This document shows positions 9,775 through 18,647 of a DNA stretch of 64,000 nt, piece by piece. The stretch's first letter is position 1. The number at the start of each line of letters is the position of its first letter. The position numbers and the translations under genes are program-made. This DNA is from an uncultured Gemmatimonadaceae bacterium (GTDB lineage Bacteria; Gemmatimonadota; Gemmatimonadetes; Gemmatimonadales; Gemmatimonadaceae), in the NCBI GenBank assembly GCA_963761305.1, contig CAVXGK010000001.1, positions 320,001 to 384,000 of the forward strand. Reading direction: 5' to 3'. The notes beneath the pieces are model-generated. The model did no database searches, was not told where the DNA came from, and saw only the letters and a program-made list of their open reading frames with translations.

Positions 9775-10137
9775 ATGAGCGTCAATGATCGTGAGGCGCT
9801 GCGAGCGACTGCGAGCGGCGCTCGTGAGCAGGCCGAGCGGCTCGCGGCCCGCGCACTGATTCGCGGAACGATCGTCCGCCCGCGAACCGCAACCGTCTCG
9901 GACGGGGCCGACGACGCAAGTCGTTTGCGGGTCGATCTGCACAGCCAGGTGTCGCTGTACGCACGGTCGCTCCGCCAGCTTGGTGAACCGCCCGAGCGAA
10001 TGGTCGTGCAGGTCCGGAAGCTGGCTGACGACGCGGCCATTCGCGCGCACGACGACGCGCAGTCCGACGTCGCCGATCACTTCGAGTTGCGCGACGCCGT
10101 GGTCAGCTGGGCGATTGGATCGTACTACGGCCTGTAG
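9775..10137 (+). CDS. hypothetical helical protein
   Basis: YARSLRQLGEPPERMVVQV...VVSWAIGSYY; clean ORF. Confidence 0.7.
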   Translation: MSVNDREALRATASGAREQAERLAARALIRGTIVRPRTATVSDGADDASRLRVDLHSQVSLYARSLRQLGEPPERMVVQVRKLADDAAIRAHDDAQSDVADHFELRDAVVSWAIGSYYGL

Positions 10138-10211
10138 CCGATAACCTCGGCGCGTCTTCGTAAGCCGGTCCAGCCTGGCAATTCCGCTCCGACTCCGCCA
10201 GGATTGCACGC

Positions 10212-10487
10212 ATGAAATACGTGCTTTTCTACGAGTCGACGCCGGATTTTCGGTCGAGGGTGCCGCAGCACATCGAGGCGCATCGCGCCCTCTGGCGCGC
10301 GTACTCGGCGGACGGACGCCTGTTGATGATCGGTCCGTTCACCGACGAGCCGGCAGGGAGCGCCCTCGGCGTGTTTACCACGCGTGCGGATGCCGAACAG
10401 TTCGTTCGCGATGATCCGTTCGTGACAAGCGGCCTTGTCGCGCGATGGACCATTCGTGAGTGGGCCGAGGCGCTTTCACCGGGCTGA
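10212..10487 (+). CDS. yciI: YciI-family protein
   Basis: H..AH, LLMIGPF, GSALGVF, DPFV..G, IREW. Confidence 0.9.
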   Translation: MKYVLFYESTPDFRSRVPQHIEAHRALWRAYSADGRLLMIGPFTDEPAGSALGVFTTRADAEQFVRDDPFVTSGLVARWTIREWAEALSPG

Positions 10488-10585
10488 TTCGGCCTTCGTC
10501 CCGCCAAGTCAGGACAGGCGTTTCAGAATGGCAGGCGTCGGAAATGCGCGTGTGGCGCGTGTAGCGACTCACGCGTGAGGTTGCC

Positions 10586-11226
10586 ATGCGCACGTTCATG
10601 ACCGTCTCGGCTCTGACCGCCCTGGCTGCCGCCGCGCCGTGTGTCGCGGCGCAGAGTGCGGCCGGATCGATCGGGCCGCCGCTCGCCATTTCGATCAGGG
10701 GCATGACGCTCCACCAGGACATGCGCCGTCTCTGGTCGACCACGTCGTCTGGACTCGCATGTACATCGTCGGCGCCGTGAGCGAGGACGGCAGCGCACAG
10801 GTCGCGCTCGACCGCCTCATGCACAACCAGGAAGACATCGGCACCGCGATGCGTCCGTTCTACGGAGAGGCCGCCGCGGCGCAGCTCACCACGCTCCTCA
10901 AACAGCACATCAGCCTCGCCGGCCAGCTCCTCGCCGCCGCCAAAGCGGGCGACGCGGCCAAGCAAGCCGAGGCCGACCGCCGATGGCACGAGAACGCTGC
11001 GACGATCGCGAATCTTCTCGCGACAGCGAATCCCAACTGGCAGCGCCAGACCGTGCTCGACATGCTGAACAAGCACCTCGCACTGACCGCGCAGGAGGCG
11101 ACGGATCGCCTGCAGAAAAACTGGACCGACGACCAAACCACCTTCGACGCCGTCTACTCGCAGGCGATGGACATGGCTGACATGCTGTCCGACGGTTTGA
11201 TCAAACAGTTCCCGTCCAAGGCGTGA
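10586..11226 (+). pseudogene. secreted helical-bundle protein, split by a 1-nt deletion near 10738 (pseudogene or sequencing error)
   Basis: signal peptide plus LHQDMRRLWS in one frame continues as DHVVWTRMYI..RLMHNQEDIG..LLKQHI..W..NA in another; TGGTCGAC lacks one base. Confidence 0.8.
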
Positions 11227-11229
11227 GGC

Positions 11230-11931
11230 GTGGATTCCACTCGGACGATTCCGGAGCGACCAGTGGCCGACCAACTTCGACAGCCAGTGCACATCGACGT
11301 TCTGAGCGCGTCGCTTCGCCGTGGTTCGCTCAACGAGTGCTTGGCCAAGCTGGCGGCGACGGCGATTCAGGATAAGGGCGCGACCGTCGAACGGGCCATC
11401 CTGTGCGACTTCGATTGCCCATCGTACGACTTCGACGTCGAGCAGGAATCCGGTGTTCCCGAACCGGCGGCGCGCTTCTGCCGGTGGCTCGAATCGGCCA
11501 ACGCTTTCGTAATCGTGTCGCCCGAGTACAACGCCTCGGTGCCCGGTGGGCTCAAGAACCTCATCGACTGGGCCTCGCGCGTTCGTCCCCAGCCGTTCAA
11601 CGGCAAGCAGTGTTTGCTCATGTCCGCGTCGCCGTCGATGGGCGGCGGCAACCGCGGACTCTGGTCACTCCGCGTCCCACTCGAGCACCTCGGCACGAGA
11701 GTCTACCCGGACATGTATTCGCTGGCGCAGGCGCACGAGGCGTTCACCGTCGACGGCCTGATCGCCAACGATTTGCTCCAGAAGCGATTGAGCGACACGA
11801 TCGCCTGTTTTCTCGACCTCGTCGAGGCAGCCACGCACTATCACACGCTCAAGAAGCAGTGGGTCGAGTTCCTCGGCGAAAAACCGGACGCCGCGACCGA
11901 TCGCGTCGAGCTCCACGACACCGCGGCGTGA
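11230..11931 (+). CDS. NADPH-dependent FMN reductase
   Basis: SLRRGSLN, SPEYNASVPGGLKNLIDW, SASP..GG.RG. Confidence 0.93.
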   Translation: MDSTRTIPERPVADQLRQPVHIDVLSASLRRGSLNECLAKLAATAIQDKGATVERAILCDFDCPSYDFDVEQESGVPEPAARFCRWLESANAFVIVSPEYNASVPGGLKNLIDWASRVRPQPFNGKQCLLMSASPSMGGGNRGLWSLRVPLEHLGTRVYPDMYSLAQAHEAFTVDGLIANDLLQKRLSDTIACFLDLVEAATHYHTLKKQWVEFLGEKPDAATDRVELHDTAA

Positions 11932-11943
11932 CTATCGGCGGTG

Positions 11944-12255
11944 TTACGCGTGGGCGATCACGTGCAACCCGAAGGTCGGCATCGGCTCGAACCCAACCTC
12001 GTCCACGTAGCAGTATCCCCAGTCCTCACCCGGCTCGAAGCTCCGGATGACCGGATGCTTCGTGCTGCGAAAATGCTTCGTCGCGTGGCGATTTGGAGAT
12101 TCATCACAGCACCCGACGTGACCACACGTCAGGCACAGACGCAAATGTACCCAGTCGTCGCCGGATGCGAGGCACTCCTCGCAGCCTGTCGGCGTACGCG
12201 GCTCCTTGGCATGGAGTCCTTCGAGATGGTTGCAGTGCGGCGCGGCAGCGGGCAT
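11944..12255 (-). CDS. UBP-type zinc-finger protein
   Basis: CNH..CEEC..WVHLRLCLTCGHVGCCD..HATKH..HPVIRS.EPGE.W.YCY.D. Confidence 0.93.
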   Translation of the reverse strand: MPAAAPHCNHLEGLHAKEPRTPTGCEECLASGDDWVHLRLCLTCGHVGCCDESPNRHATKHFRSTKHPVIRSFEPGEDWGYCYVDEVGFEPMPTFGLHVIAHA

Positions 12256-12319
12256 GGTGATCTCCTGTAGCTCTCACGCTGACGCATCGGCGCGGAACGC
12301 GCAAGCGCCGGCTCGACTG

Positions 12320-13168
12320 TCAGCACCCGTCTTGTCGAAGCCAGTTCGGCGATAGCGTCGCCGGCGTCACGCGCTCGAGGCGGCCGTGCCACGACGACCA
12401 GATCGACGCGCTCTCGGGGCCGAGCGGATCCTCGGCTGTCGCCTCGCTCGCCTCGCCGCGCCAGAGCGCGCGCACCGCGTCGACGCCCCTTCGATGTTGG
12501 AAGAAGTCGACGAGGCTCGCCGCCGAGAAATAGGCCGGGAGTTCGGGAAGCGAATCGAACGTCGCGCTCGTCAGCGCCGCCATCGACGGCGCCGTTCCGC
12601 TCTTCAGGTAACCGGCCGCGATCGCATCGATCGCGTGCCCCTGACAGATCACCGTCGCGCGCGTCGCCAGCCCTTCATCCAACCACGATCCCGCGCGCCG
12701 CCGCCCCCATCGGTGCGCGACGTACGTATGCGTCATCTCGTGGCGATAGAACGGGCGGTACCCGTCGCCGGCGACGAGCACCGCCGTCAGCTCACTCGGA
12801 TATCCGGTCCCGGTGACCGGGTCGCCGAGCAAGCGGCGCATGTCTTCGCGCGTCTCGACCAGGAACAGCTCGAGAGGGTCCTCCTCGGGCAACTCGGGTT
12901 CGTCGACAAGCGCCAGCACGACCCGACGCGCGTTCTCGACCGAATCCGCGATGACGTCGATCCGCGCCGCATTCATGGTGCTCGAAAGGTGAATCCGCAC
13001 GTGCGTCGTCTGGAACGACGTCCACGAGAAACCCTTCGCCGCCAGCAGTTGCCGCGCGATCGCGCCCGTCGTTTCCACCGGGGTCGATGGAATTCGTTCG
13101 GGTCGCTCCTGCGACGTCTTCCCGCACGCGGCGAAGACTAGAAACGCGAGCCAGATCGTCCGGCGCAC
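12320..13168 (-). CDS. lipoprotein, peptidase MA/gluzincin-like
   Basis: lipobox FAAC; HEMTH followed by WLDEGLA. Confidence 0.75.
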   Translation of the reverse strand: MRRTIWLAFLVFAACGKTSQERPERIPSTPVETTGAIARQLLAAKGFSWTSFQTTHVRIHLSSTMNAARIDVIADSVENARRVVLALVDEPELPEEDPLELFLVETREDMRRLLGDPVTGTGYPSELTAVLVAGDGYRPFYRHEMTHTYVAHRWGRRRAGSWLDEGLATRATVICQGHAIDAIAAGYLKSGTAPSMAALTSATFDSLPELPAYFSAASLVDFFQHRRGVDAVRALWRGEASEATAEDPLGPESASIWSSWHGRLERVTPATLSPNWLRQDGC

Positions 13169-13194
13169 TCATAGGTCACGGCCTGTTCAAGGCG

Positions 13195-13794
13195 TCAGAG
13201 CCGCGCCACCACAGTTGGCGTGTCCACCAAATGCTCGGCGACGAACCACACCTGCAGCTCGTTCGTCCGCAGCACGTTCGAGATCAGAATGTCGTTCGAC
13301 GAATCGTCGCCGAGCTCGGCGGACCGCGCCGCGCTCTCGCGCGCTTCCTGAATGATCATTTCGTGCGCCTCGAGCAGGCGCGACAACATCGCCGGCACTT
13401 CCTCGGCGCCGTCCGGCGGCCGTGGAATGGTCGTCATCTCGGCGACGTGCCGTCCATCGCCGACCGCGATCGCACCCAGCGTCTGAATTCGCTCGGCCAC
13501 AGTGTCGATCAGGTGCTCCTGCTCCTCGGCGTGCTTGTCCATGAGCAGGTGCAGCTGGTAGAACGTGCGGCCGCGCATGAGCCAGTGCGTTTTCTTGTAG
13601 AGATCGTACAGGACGCGGGTGTCGGCGAGTACCTGGTTGAGACGGCGCGCCATTTCGGCGCGCACGTCGGACGAGAGACCGATCGGCATGTTCGCCAACT
13701 GGTCGAATCGCTGCACTTCGCGACTGTGCTGATGAAGTCGGGGTTGGGATTCGCCGTCCGCAGGTCGGACTCGGGCGAACGCTCGCTTGGCCAT
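13195..13794 (-). CDS. dps: DNA starvation/stationary-phase protection protein Dps
   Basis: KKTHW..G..F.QLHL..D..EE....D..AER ferroxidase motif. Confidence 0.95.
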   Translation of the reverse strand: MAKRAFARVRPADGESQPRLHQHSREVQRFDQLANMPIGLSSDVRAEMARRLNQVLADTRVLYDLYKKTHWLMRGRTFYQLHLLMDKHAEEQEHLIDTVAERIQTLGAIAVGDGRHVAEMTTIPRPPDGAEEVPAMLSRLLEAHEMIIQEARESAARSAELGDDSSNDILISNVLRTNELQVWFVAEHLVDTPTVVARL

Positions 13795-14090
13795 GAGAGC
13801 TCACTCGGCTGAGGGTGACCGCCTACCCTACTGCAAGTCGCGGCCCCGCCCGCCCGGGCGGCCTCGTCCAGTTGTTCTCGTGGCTTTATACAATGCTCAT
13901 TACCTGCGGCGTGGCTCCGCCGCACCGGGCGATGGCGCCTGACGCGCCTTCCGGACGATGACCCCGGCCCCGCGCCGTTCGCCGCGACAGCCCGTTACTC
14001 ACTTTTCACACGGGTTTTCGCCGACACTGCACGCCCCTTGCAATTCCGGCTCCCTCACACACGGCGCACGCACGTTGGGGGGAGCCGGAC

Positions 14091-14621
14091 ATGGATCTGG
14101 ATGAACTGCGAAAGCTCTACATAGACGAACTCAACGACCTCTACAGTGCTGAAAAGCAGATCGTAAGGGAGTTGCCCGGACTTGCTAAGACGGCCCGCGA
14201 CGCCGACTTAGGCAAAACCATTGACGATCACGTCGCCGAATCGGAACTCCATATCGGACGGCTCGAGCACATCTTCAACACCCTCGGGGTGACGCCCAGC
14301 GGCGACAAGAGCCGCGGGATCGAATGGCTGATGGTCGAAGGCAGCGAGCTCTTGGAGCAAGACGCGGACGCCGAGCTCATCGACGCCGGCATCATCACGC
14401 GGGCACAGCACGTCGAACGTTATGAGATTGCCGGCTATGGGACCGTTCGCGCCTACGCGCTCATGCTCGGCGAGACCGAGCATGCCGAACGCCTCGGCGA
14501 GACGTTGGCGGAAGAGCAGCGGGCCGACGAGCGGTTCACGCAACTGGCCGAGCGCCTGCACCGATACCGTTCGCTGTCGTCCTGGGGCGAGGCCTCCACT
14601 GGCCTCAACGCCTCGCGCTGA
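14091..14621 (+). CDS. yciF: YciE/YciF (DUF892) ferritin-like protein
   Basis: L.DLYSAEKQ, H..E...H..RL, DAGII..AQ.VE.YEIAGYG, TL.EE..AD. Confidence 0.9.
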   Translation: MDLDELRKLYIDELNDLYSAEKQIVRELPGLAKTARDADLGKTIDDHVAESELHIGRLEHIFNTLGVTPSGDKSRGIEWLMVEGSELLEQDADAELIDAGIITRAQHVERYEIAGYGTVRAYALMLGETEHAERLGETLAEEQRADERFTQLAERLHRYRSLSSWGEASTGLNASR

Positions 14622-14876
14622 TCGCGAGACACCGGCGCTCATGCCACTTTTAGCATGAGTGCCCCCTGCCCCACCCAGGTGTACGAGGTCTCCGCACTCC
14701 GTCGCCGCACCCCGCACCGGGCGGCCTGATAGGGATCGCTGAACGGGAGGGACTCTCGGCGTCAGCAACAGCATCAGCAACGGAATACAGCCGGGAAGTG
14801 TTTGGCGGAACTACGTGGGGGAATGCCGAAGGCGGCTACCGGGCAGTTAGCTTCGACGATTCCTCCCCGGACAGCT

Positions 14877-15227
14877 ATGAACCCAACGATCGCTCGCACC
14901 TGCCTTCTGCTCGCCGGCTCGAACGTGTTCATGACCTTCGCCTGGTACGCCCATCTCCGAAACCTCGGAACGCGTCCGCTATTGGTCGCCATTCTTGCGA
15001 GCTGGGGCCTGGCCTTCTTCGAGTACACGCTTCAGGTACCGGCCAACCGAATCGGCTTCGGCGTGATGTCCCTCGGCCAACTCAAGATCCTGCAAGAGGT
15101 GATCACGCTGACCGTCTTCGTCCCATTCGCCGTCCTCTACATGCGCCAGCCGCTGAAGCTCGATTTCCTCTGGGCGGCCCTCTGCATGCTGGGTGCTGTC
15201 TTCTTCGTTTTTCGAGGAGGCCGATAG
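14877..15227 (+). CDS. DMT-family protein (DUF486)
   Basis: SNVFMTFAWYAHL, EYTLQVPANRIG, QLKILQEVITL. Confidence 0.92.
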   Translation: MNPTIARTCLLLAGSNVFMTFAWYAHLRNLGTRPLLVAILASWGLAFFEYTLQVPANRIGFGVMSLGQLKILQEVITLTVFVPFAVLYMRQPLKLDFLWAALCMLGAVFFVFRGGR

Positions 15228-15279
15228 AGGAAACGTGCGCGCGGTGACGCTTCTCGCCGGATGGCAGTTACGCGGTCAG

Positions 15280-15621
15280 ATGCGTCGCCTTCTTGTAGCC
15301 AGCTTCGCCCTCATTGGGTGTCGCGACACCATGTGCGTTCACCCGCCTTGCCCAGATCTCGTGGCGATCGAGTTGACGGTCACCTCGGCGGCGACGGGCG
15401 CGCCGGTCGTCGCGACCGTGTTGGTCTCCGGTCGGCCGGCCTTTCAATGCGACGGAGCGTGTGAGATATCAGGAACCTCGGGAGCCTACGTCCTCGACAT
15501 CACCGCCCCCGGGTTCACAGAGGTAACTCGCTCGGTTCAGGTTCAAGGAACGAACCGCGATTGTGGATGTTCGTCGGTCCAGACGCAGAACGTGACGATC
15601 GCACTCGCGTCGGCCGGCTAG
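15280..15621 (+). CDS. small Cys-rich lipoprotein with carboxypeptidase-regulatory-like beta sandwich
   Basis: lipobox LIGC; V.SAATGAPV, G.Y.L.ITAPGF. Confidence 0.65.
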   Translation: MRRLLVASFALIGCRDTMCVHPPCPDLVAIELTVTSAATGAPVVATVLVSGRPAFQCDGACEISGTSGAYVLDITAPGFTEVTRSVQVQGTNRDCGCSSVQTQNVTIALASAG

Positions 15622-15735
15622 CCCGCCGGGATTCCGCCGGGGCTCGATTCGTCGTTCCGACGTCTAGGGAGCTTACCGCAGCGGTGAAAAACGGCCGAGT
15701 CGACGTGCGAGTAGCGGTGACAGCCCCACGAGCGT

Positions 15736-16188
15736 CTACTCCAGTCGAATCCGTGACGGGAGTACGAACCAAAACGAGCCGAAAATCGTCACCGCGACCA
15801 CCGCGAGAAGGACACTCGCGACCGTATCGTGCGTGATGATGCGCGCCACGAGGTAGATGTCGCACGACAGTCCGATGGCGAGGGGCGGCATGCTCCACAT
15901 GAGCAGCATCGACGAGATTCGGATGAATCGGCGCGAAACGCTCTGTGGTTCTCGCAGTCGATGGAGCGCGGCCGGCGTCATCACCAGCGCGATGGCGACC
16001 ACCACGCAGACGACCGCGGCCAAGTGCAGACCCTGCTCGGCGGACGAGAGTGCTGCGAACGGCGGTTGAAACACCGCGATCAGCTGAAACCCCAACAGCG
16101 TCTGAATGCCGGGAAGTACCATGCGGCATTCGTTGAGGAGCTGTGACGACGCCTCGCTCAGCGACAGCGCCGCGACGTCGTCCGTCAC
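15736..16188 (-). CDS. DUF6328-family membrane protein
   Basis: LNECRMVLPGIQTLLGFQL, MTPAALHR; GTGA overlap with the ppa stop. Confidence 0.85.
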   Translation of the reverse strand: MTDDVAALSLSEASSQLLNECRMVLPGIQTLLGFQLIAVFQPPFAALSSAEQGLHLAAVVCVVVAIALVMTPAALHRLREPQSVSRRFIRISSMLLMWSMPPLAIGLSCDIYLVARIITHDTVASVLLAVVAVTIFGSFWFVLPSRIRLE

Positions 16189-16721
16189 CGGGCGCGCGCG
16201 AATCGCCGCCTCCCCGCCTGAACGCACGCACGCGCTCGCCGGGGCCCGTGATGATCCTTGGCGACGAATTTCTTTCCTTCGATGCGATTGTACGCCGCGA
16301 AGAACTGCTCGATTTGCTCGGTCACCGCGCCGGGCAAATCCGAGAGCCTCTTGACGTTCTCGTACAGCACGGAGGATGCGCCGACAGCGATCAACCGGTC
16401 GTTCTCCACGCGGGTTCCACGCTTGCTCGTCTGTTGCGCTTCGATCACACCGATGAGCCGCGCCGGCACGACAGTCCCAGTCGGGACCGATTCATCCAGC
16501 AGCAGGATCACGTCGAGCGGATCGCCATCGCCGCCGGTGGTCGACGGAATGAAGCCGAAATCGAACGGGAAGCTCATTCCTTCCGGCAACACCTTGCTGA
16601 CGACGAAGCAGCGTCGTTTGTCGTCGTAGTCGAGCTTCGTGCGGCTTCCCTTGGTGGTCTCGACCACCGCGGTGATAACGCCGTTCTCGCTCGAGATTTT
16701 CAACTTGCCTAGGTTCGTCAC
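16185..16721 (-). CDS. ppa: inorganic pyrophosphatase (family I)
   Basis: ET.KGSR.K..YD, FPFDFGFIPST, DGDPLDV, NDRLIAV, FF..YN. Confidence 0.93.
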   Translation of the reverse strand: MTNLGKLKISSENGVITAVVETTKGSRTKLDYDDKRRCFVVSKVLPEGMSFPFDFGFIPSTTGGDGDPLDVILLLDESVPTGTVVPARLIGVIEAQQTSKRGTRVENDRLIAVGASSVLYENVKRLSDLPGAVTEQIEQFFAAYNRIEGKKFVAKDHHGPRRARACVQAGRRRFARAR

Positions 16722-16756
16722 AGCCGGGTCGGGTGGAAGACGATGCTATTGGGGGC

Positions 16757-17854
16757 TCAAGTTCCATGCCCCCGCGCGAACCACTCGAGCAGTCGATCTG
16801 AATCCCAGCAGTTGATCACGCGCTCCGCCGGGATTCCCGCGCGCCGCGCGTGCGCGATCGCGATCTCGGCGTTTCGCAGCTCGGGCGGTGAATGAGCGTC
16901 GCTGTCGAGCGCGAAGAGACACCCGGCGCTCAGCGCGTCGGCGGCCACCTCGAAGTCGACGTCCTGTCGCCACGGATCGCCGTCGATCTCGATCGCCACG
17001 TTGGCTTTCGCCGCCGCGGCGAACACCTCCGGCCAGTTCGCGCTCACGCCTGGGCGTTCGCCGTAGAGCCGCCCGCGCGGATGTCCAAGGATCCTCACGC
17101 GCGGCGTGTTCACCGCGGTGACCATGCGCGCCGTCTGATCGGCCGCCGAACGAAGACCCGAATGCGGCGCCACCAGCACGAACTCGAGGCGCTCCAGCTC
17201 CTCGGCCGTCATGTCCACCGAACCGTCGGCGCGAATGTTCGCCTCGATTCCCTTGAACAGACGAAACCGTCCGGCGTATCGCTCGTTCAACCCGTCGATC
17301 TCGGCGTGCTGCGTCGCCAGGTCGGCCATCGACACCCCGCGCGCGATCTTGAGGCCGTACGAGTGGTCCGTCACGCCGCAGAACGCGTATCCGCGCTCCA
17401 GGCCGCCGGCGACGATATCGTCGAGCATCTGCGATCCGTCGCTCCACGTCGAGTGCATCTGCAGATCGCCGCGATAGTCGTCGAGCGCGACAGCGCCGGG
17501 CGACTGACGCTCGAGCGTCTCGACCACTCGTGCCCGGCTCATGAAGTTCGCCCGCAACGCGCGCGCAGCCGCGACGTCCGCCGCGTGCTCGCTGTGTTCC
17601 ACGGCGTGCTCCACGAGCTCGGATCCGCCGGTGCGGAGAACCTCGAACACCACGCGCTCGGATTTGGGTCCGATCCCCGCGATCTTTCGCAGCGTGCCGT
17701 CGCCCTCGACGAACGACTCGACCGGCTGCTCGAGGTGCAGCACCGCGCTCGCCGCGCGCCGGTATCCCAACTCGGATTGTTTGGACGACTGCACAGCGGC
17801 GAGATCGCGCAGCAGCCCCGCGATCGTCGCGTTTGTATCGCCTCGCTCTTTCAT
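16757..17854 (-). CDS. PolX N-terminal/HhH domain fused to a PHP phosphoesterase
   Basis: N..IA..L..LA..YRRAA..IAGIGPK; DLQMHSTWSDG, TDHS, GIEANI, GHPRGR, DSDAH; AGGAG RBS before 17854. Confidence 0.88.
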   Translation of the reverse strand: MKERGDTNATIAGLLRDLAAVQSSKQSELGYRRAASAVLHLEQPVESFVEGDGTLRKIAGIGPKSERVVFEVLRTGGSELVEHAVEHSEHAADVAAARALRANFMSRARVVETLERQSPGAVALDDYRGDLQMHSTWSDGSQMLDDIVAGGLERGYAFCGVTDHSYGLKIARGVSMADLATQHAEIDGLNERYAGRFRLFKGIEANIRADGSVDMTAEELERLEFVLVAPHSGLRSAADQTARMVTAVNTPRVRILGHPRGRLYGERPGVSANWPEVFAAAAKANVAIEIDGDPWRQDVDFEVAADALSAGCLFALDSDAHSPPELRNAEIAIAHARRAGIPAERVINCWDSDRLLEWFARGHGT

Positions 17855-17971
17855 CAGAAGCTCCTGCATCCCGGTTGCGACTTTCGCGCCTGAGGCCGAA
17901 ACCCGTCGCTCGGCGCGAAAACTGGAACGCGTTTTGACTCTCCTGCTCGGCATCTCGAGTGGAGGGTCACC

Positions 17972-18202
17972 ATGCCGGCACGTACAAAGTCAGCCTCCCG
18001 CCGTCGGAGCGGAGGCAAAAAATACAGCAGTGGCGCGGGCAAGCGCGTCGAGAGCGCCATGCGCCGCCGTAAACATGGAACGCTGCGTCGCGGAAAGAGT
18101 GGGCACGGCGGCAAGGTAACGAGCCGCAAGCAGGCGATCGCCATCGGACTTTCCGAAGCGCGAAAGAAGGGCGCCAAGGTCCCGCGAAAGCGCAGCCGAT
18201 AG
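17972..18202 (+). CDS. DUF6496-like small basic protein
   Basis: KYS..A.K.V..AM...K.GTL..G..KVTSRKQAIAIGLSEARKKGAKVP. Confidence 0.88.
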   Translation: MPARTKSASRRRSGGKKYSSGAGKRVESAMRRRKHGTLRRGKSGHGGKVTSRKQAIAIGLSEARKKGAKVPRKRSR

Positions 18203-18225
18203 TTCGCGCATTAATGGCTCGTTCG

Positions 18226-18270
18226 GAGCAGTCGGACGTTTGAAGTCAGGCGCCAGACGTCCGACTGCTC
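18226..18270. repeat. 14-bp inverted repeat built from 7-mer units (terminator or REP-like)
   Basis: GAGCAGTCGGACGT ... ACGTCCGACTGCTC after the DUF6496 stop. Confidence 0.75.
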
Positions 18271-18561
18271 ACGCGGGAACGCCAAGCGAGAAGCCGAAGG
18301 CACGACGGTGAAACGGCGGAGGGTGCCGCATCCTGAGTGACGGCACGCCCTCGGCCACGGTCCCGCCCGACTCGTTGCCGACGCTCGCCTTCTCAGCGCC
18401 TTCTCACCGCCGGCTCATTCCAATTTTGGCATGAGCGCCCCAAAACTGGCGCTCGGCTGGTGTGGTTACGGACCCGTGTGCCAGCGCGTCTTACGTACGC
18501 CGGTTTGCGCGTCGCGGCCAACGTCGCCGGGTGACGCCGCGTTTCACAGAGGGAGCCGTCC

Positions 18562-18587
18562 GAACTCTGGACCGTCCGCCGGTGTCA
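18562..18587 (+). promoter_or_regulatory. putative ECF-sigma promoter
   Basis: GAACTC-N16-GTCA upstream of the TonB-dependent receptor. Confidence 0.35.
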
Positions 18588-18647
18588 CAGGGGAGTGGCC
18601 CACCCACTCCAAATCCCCGCCCCGCCCTTTCCCACCCCGCGTTTCTA

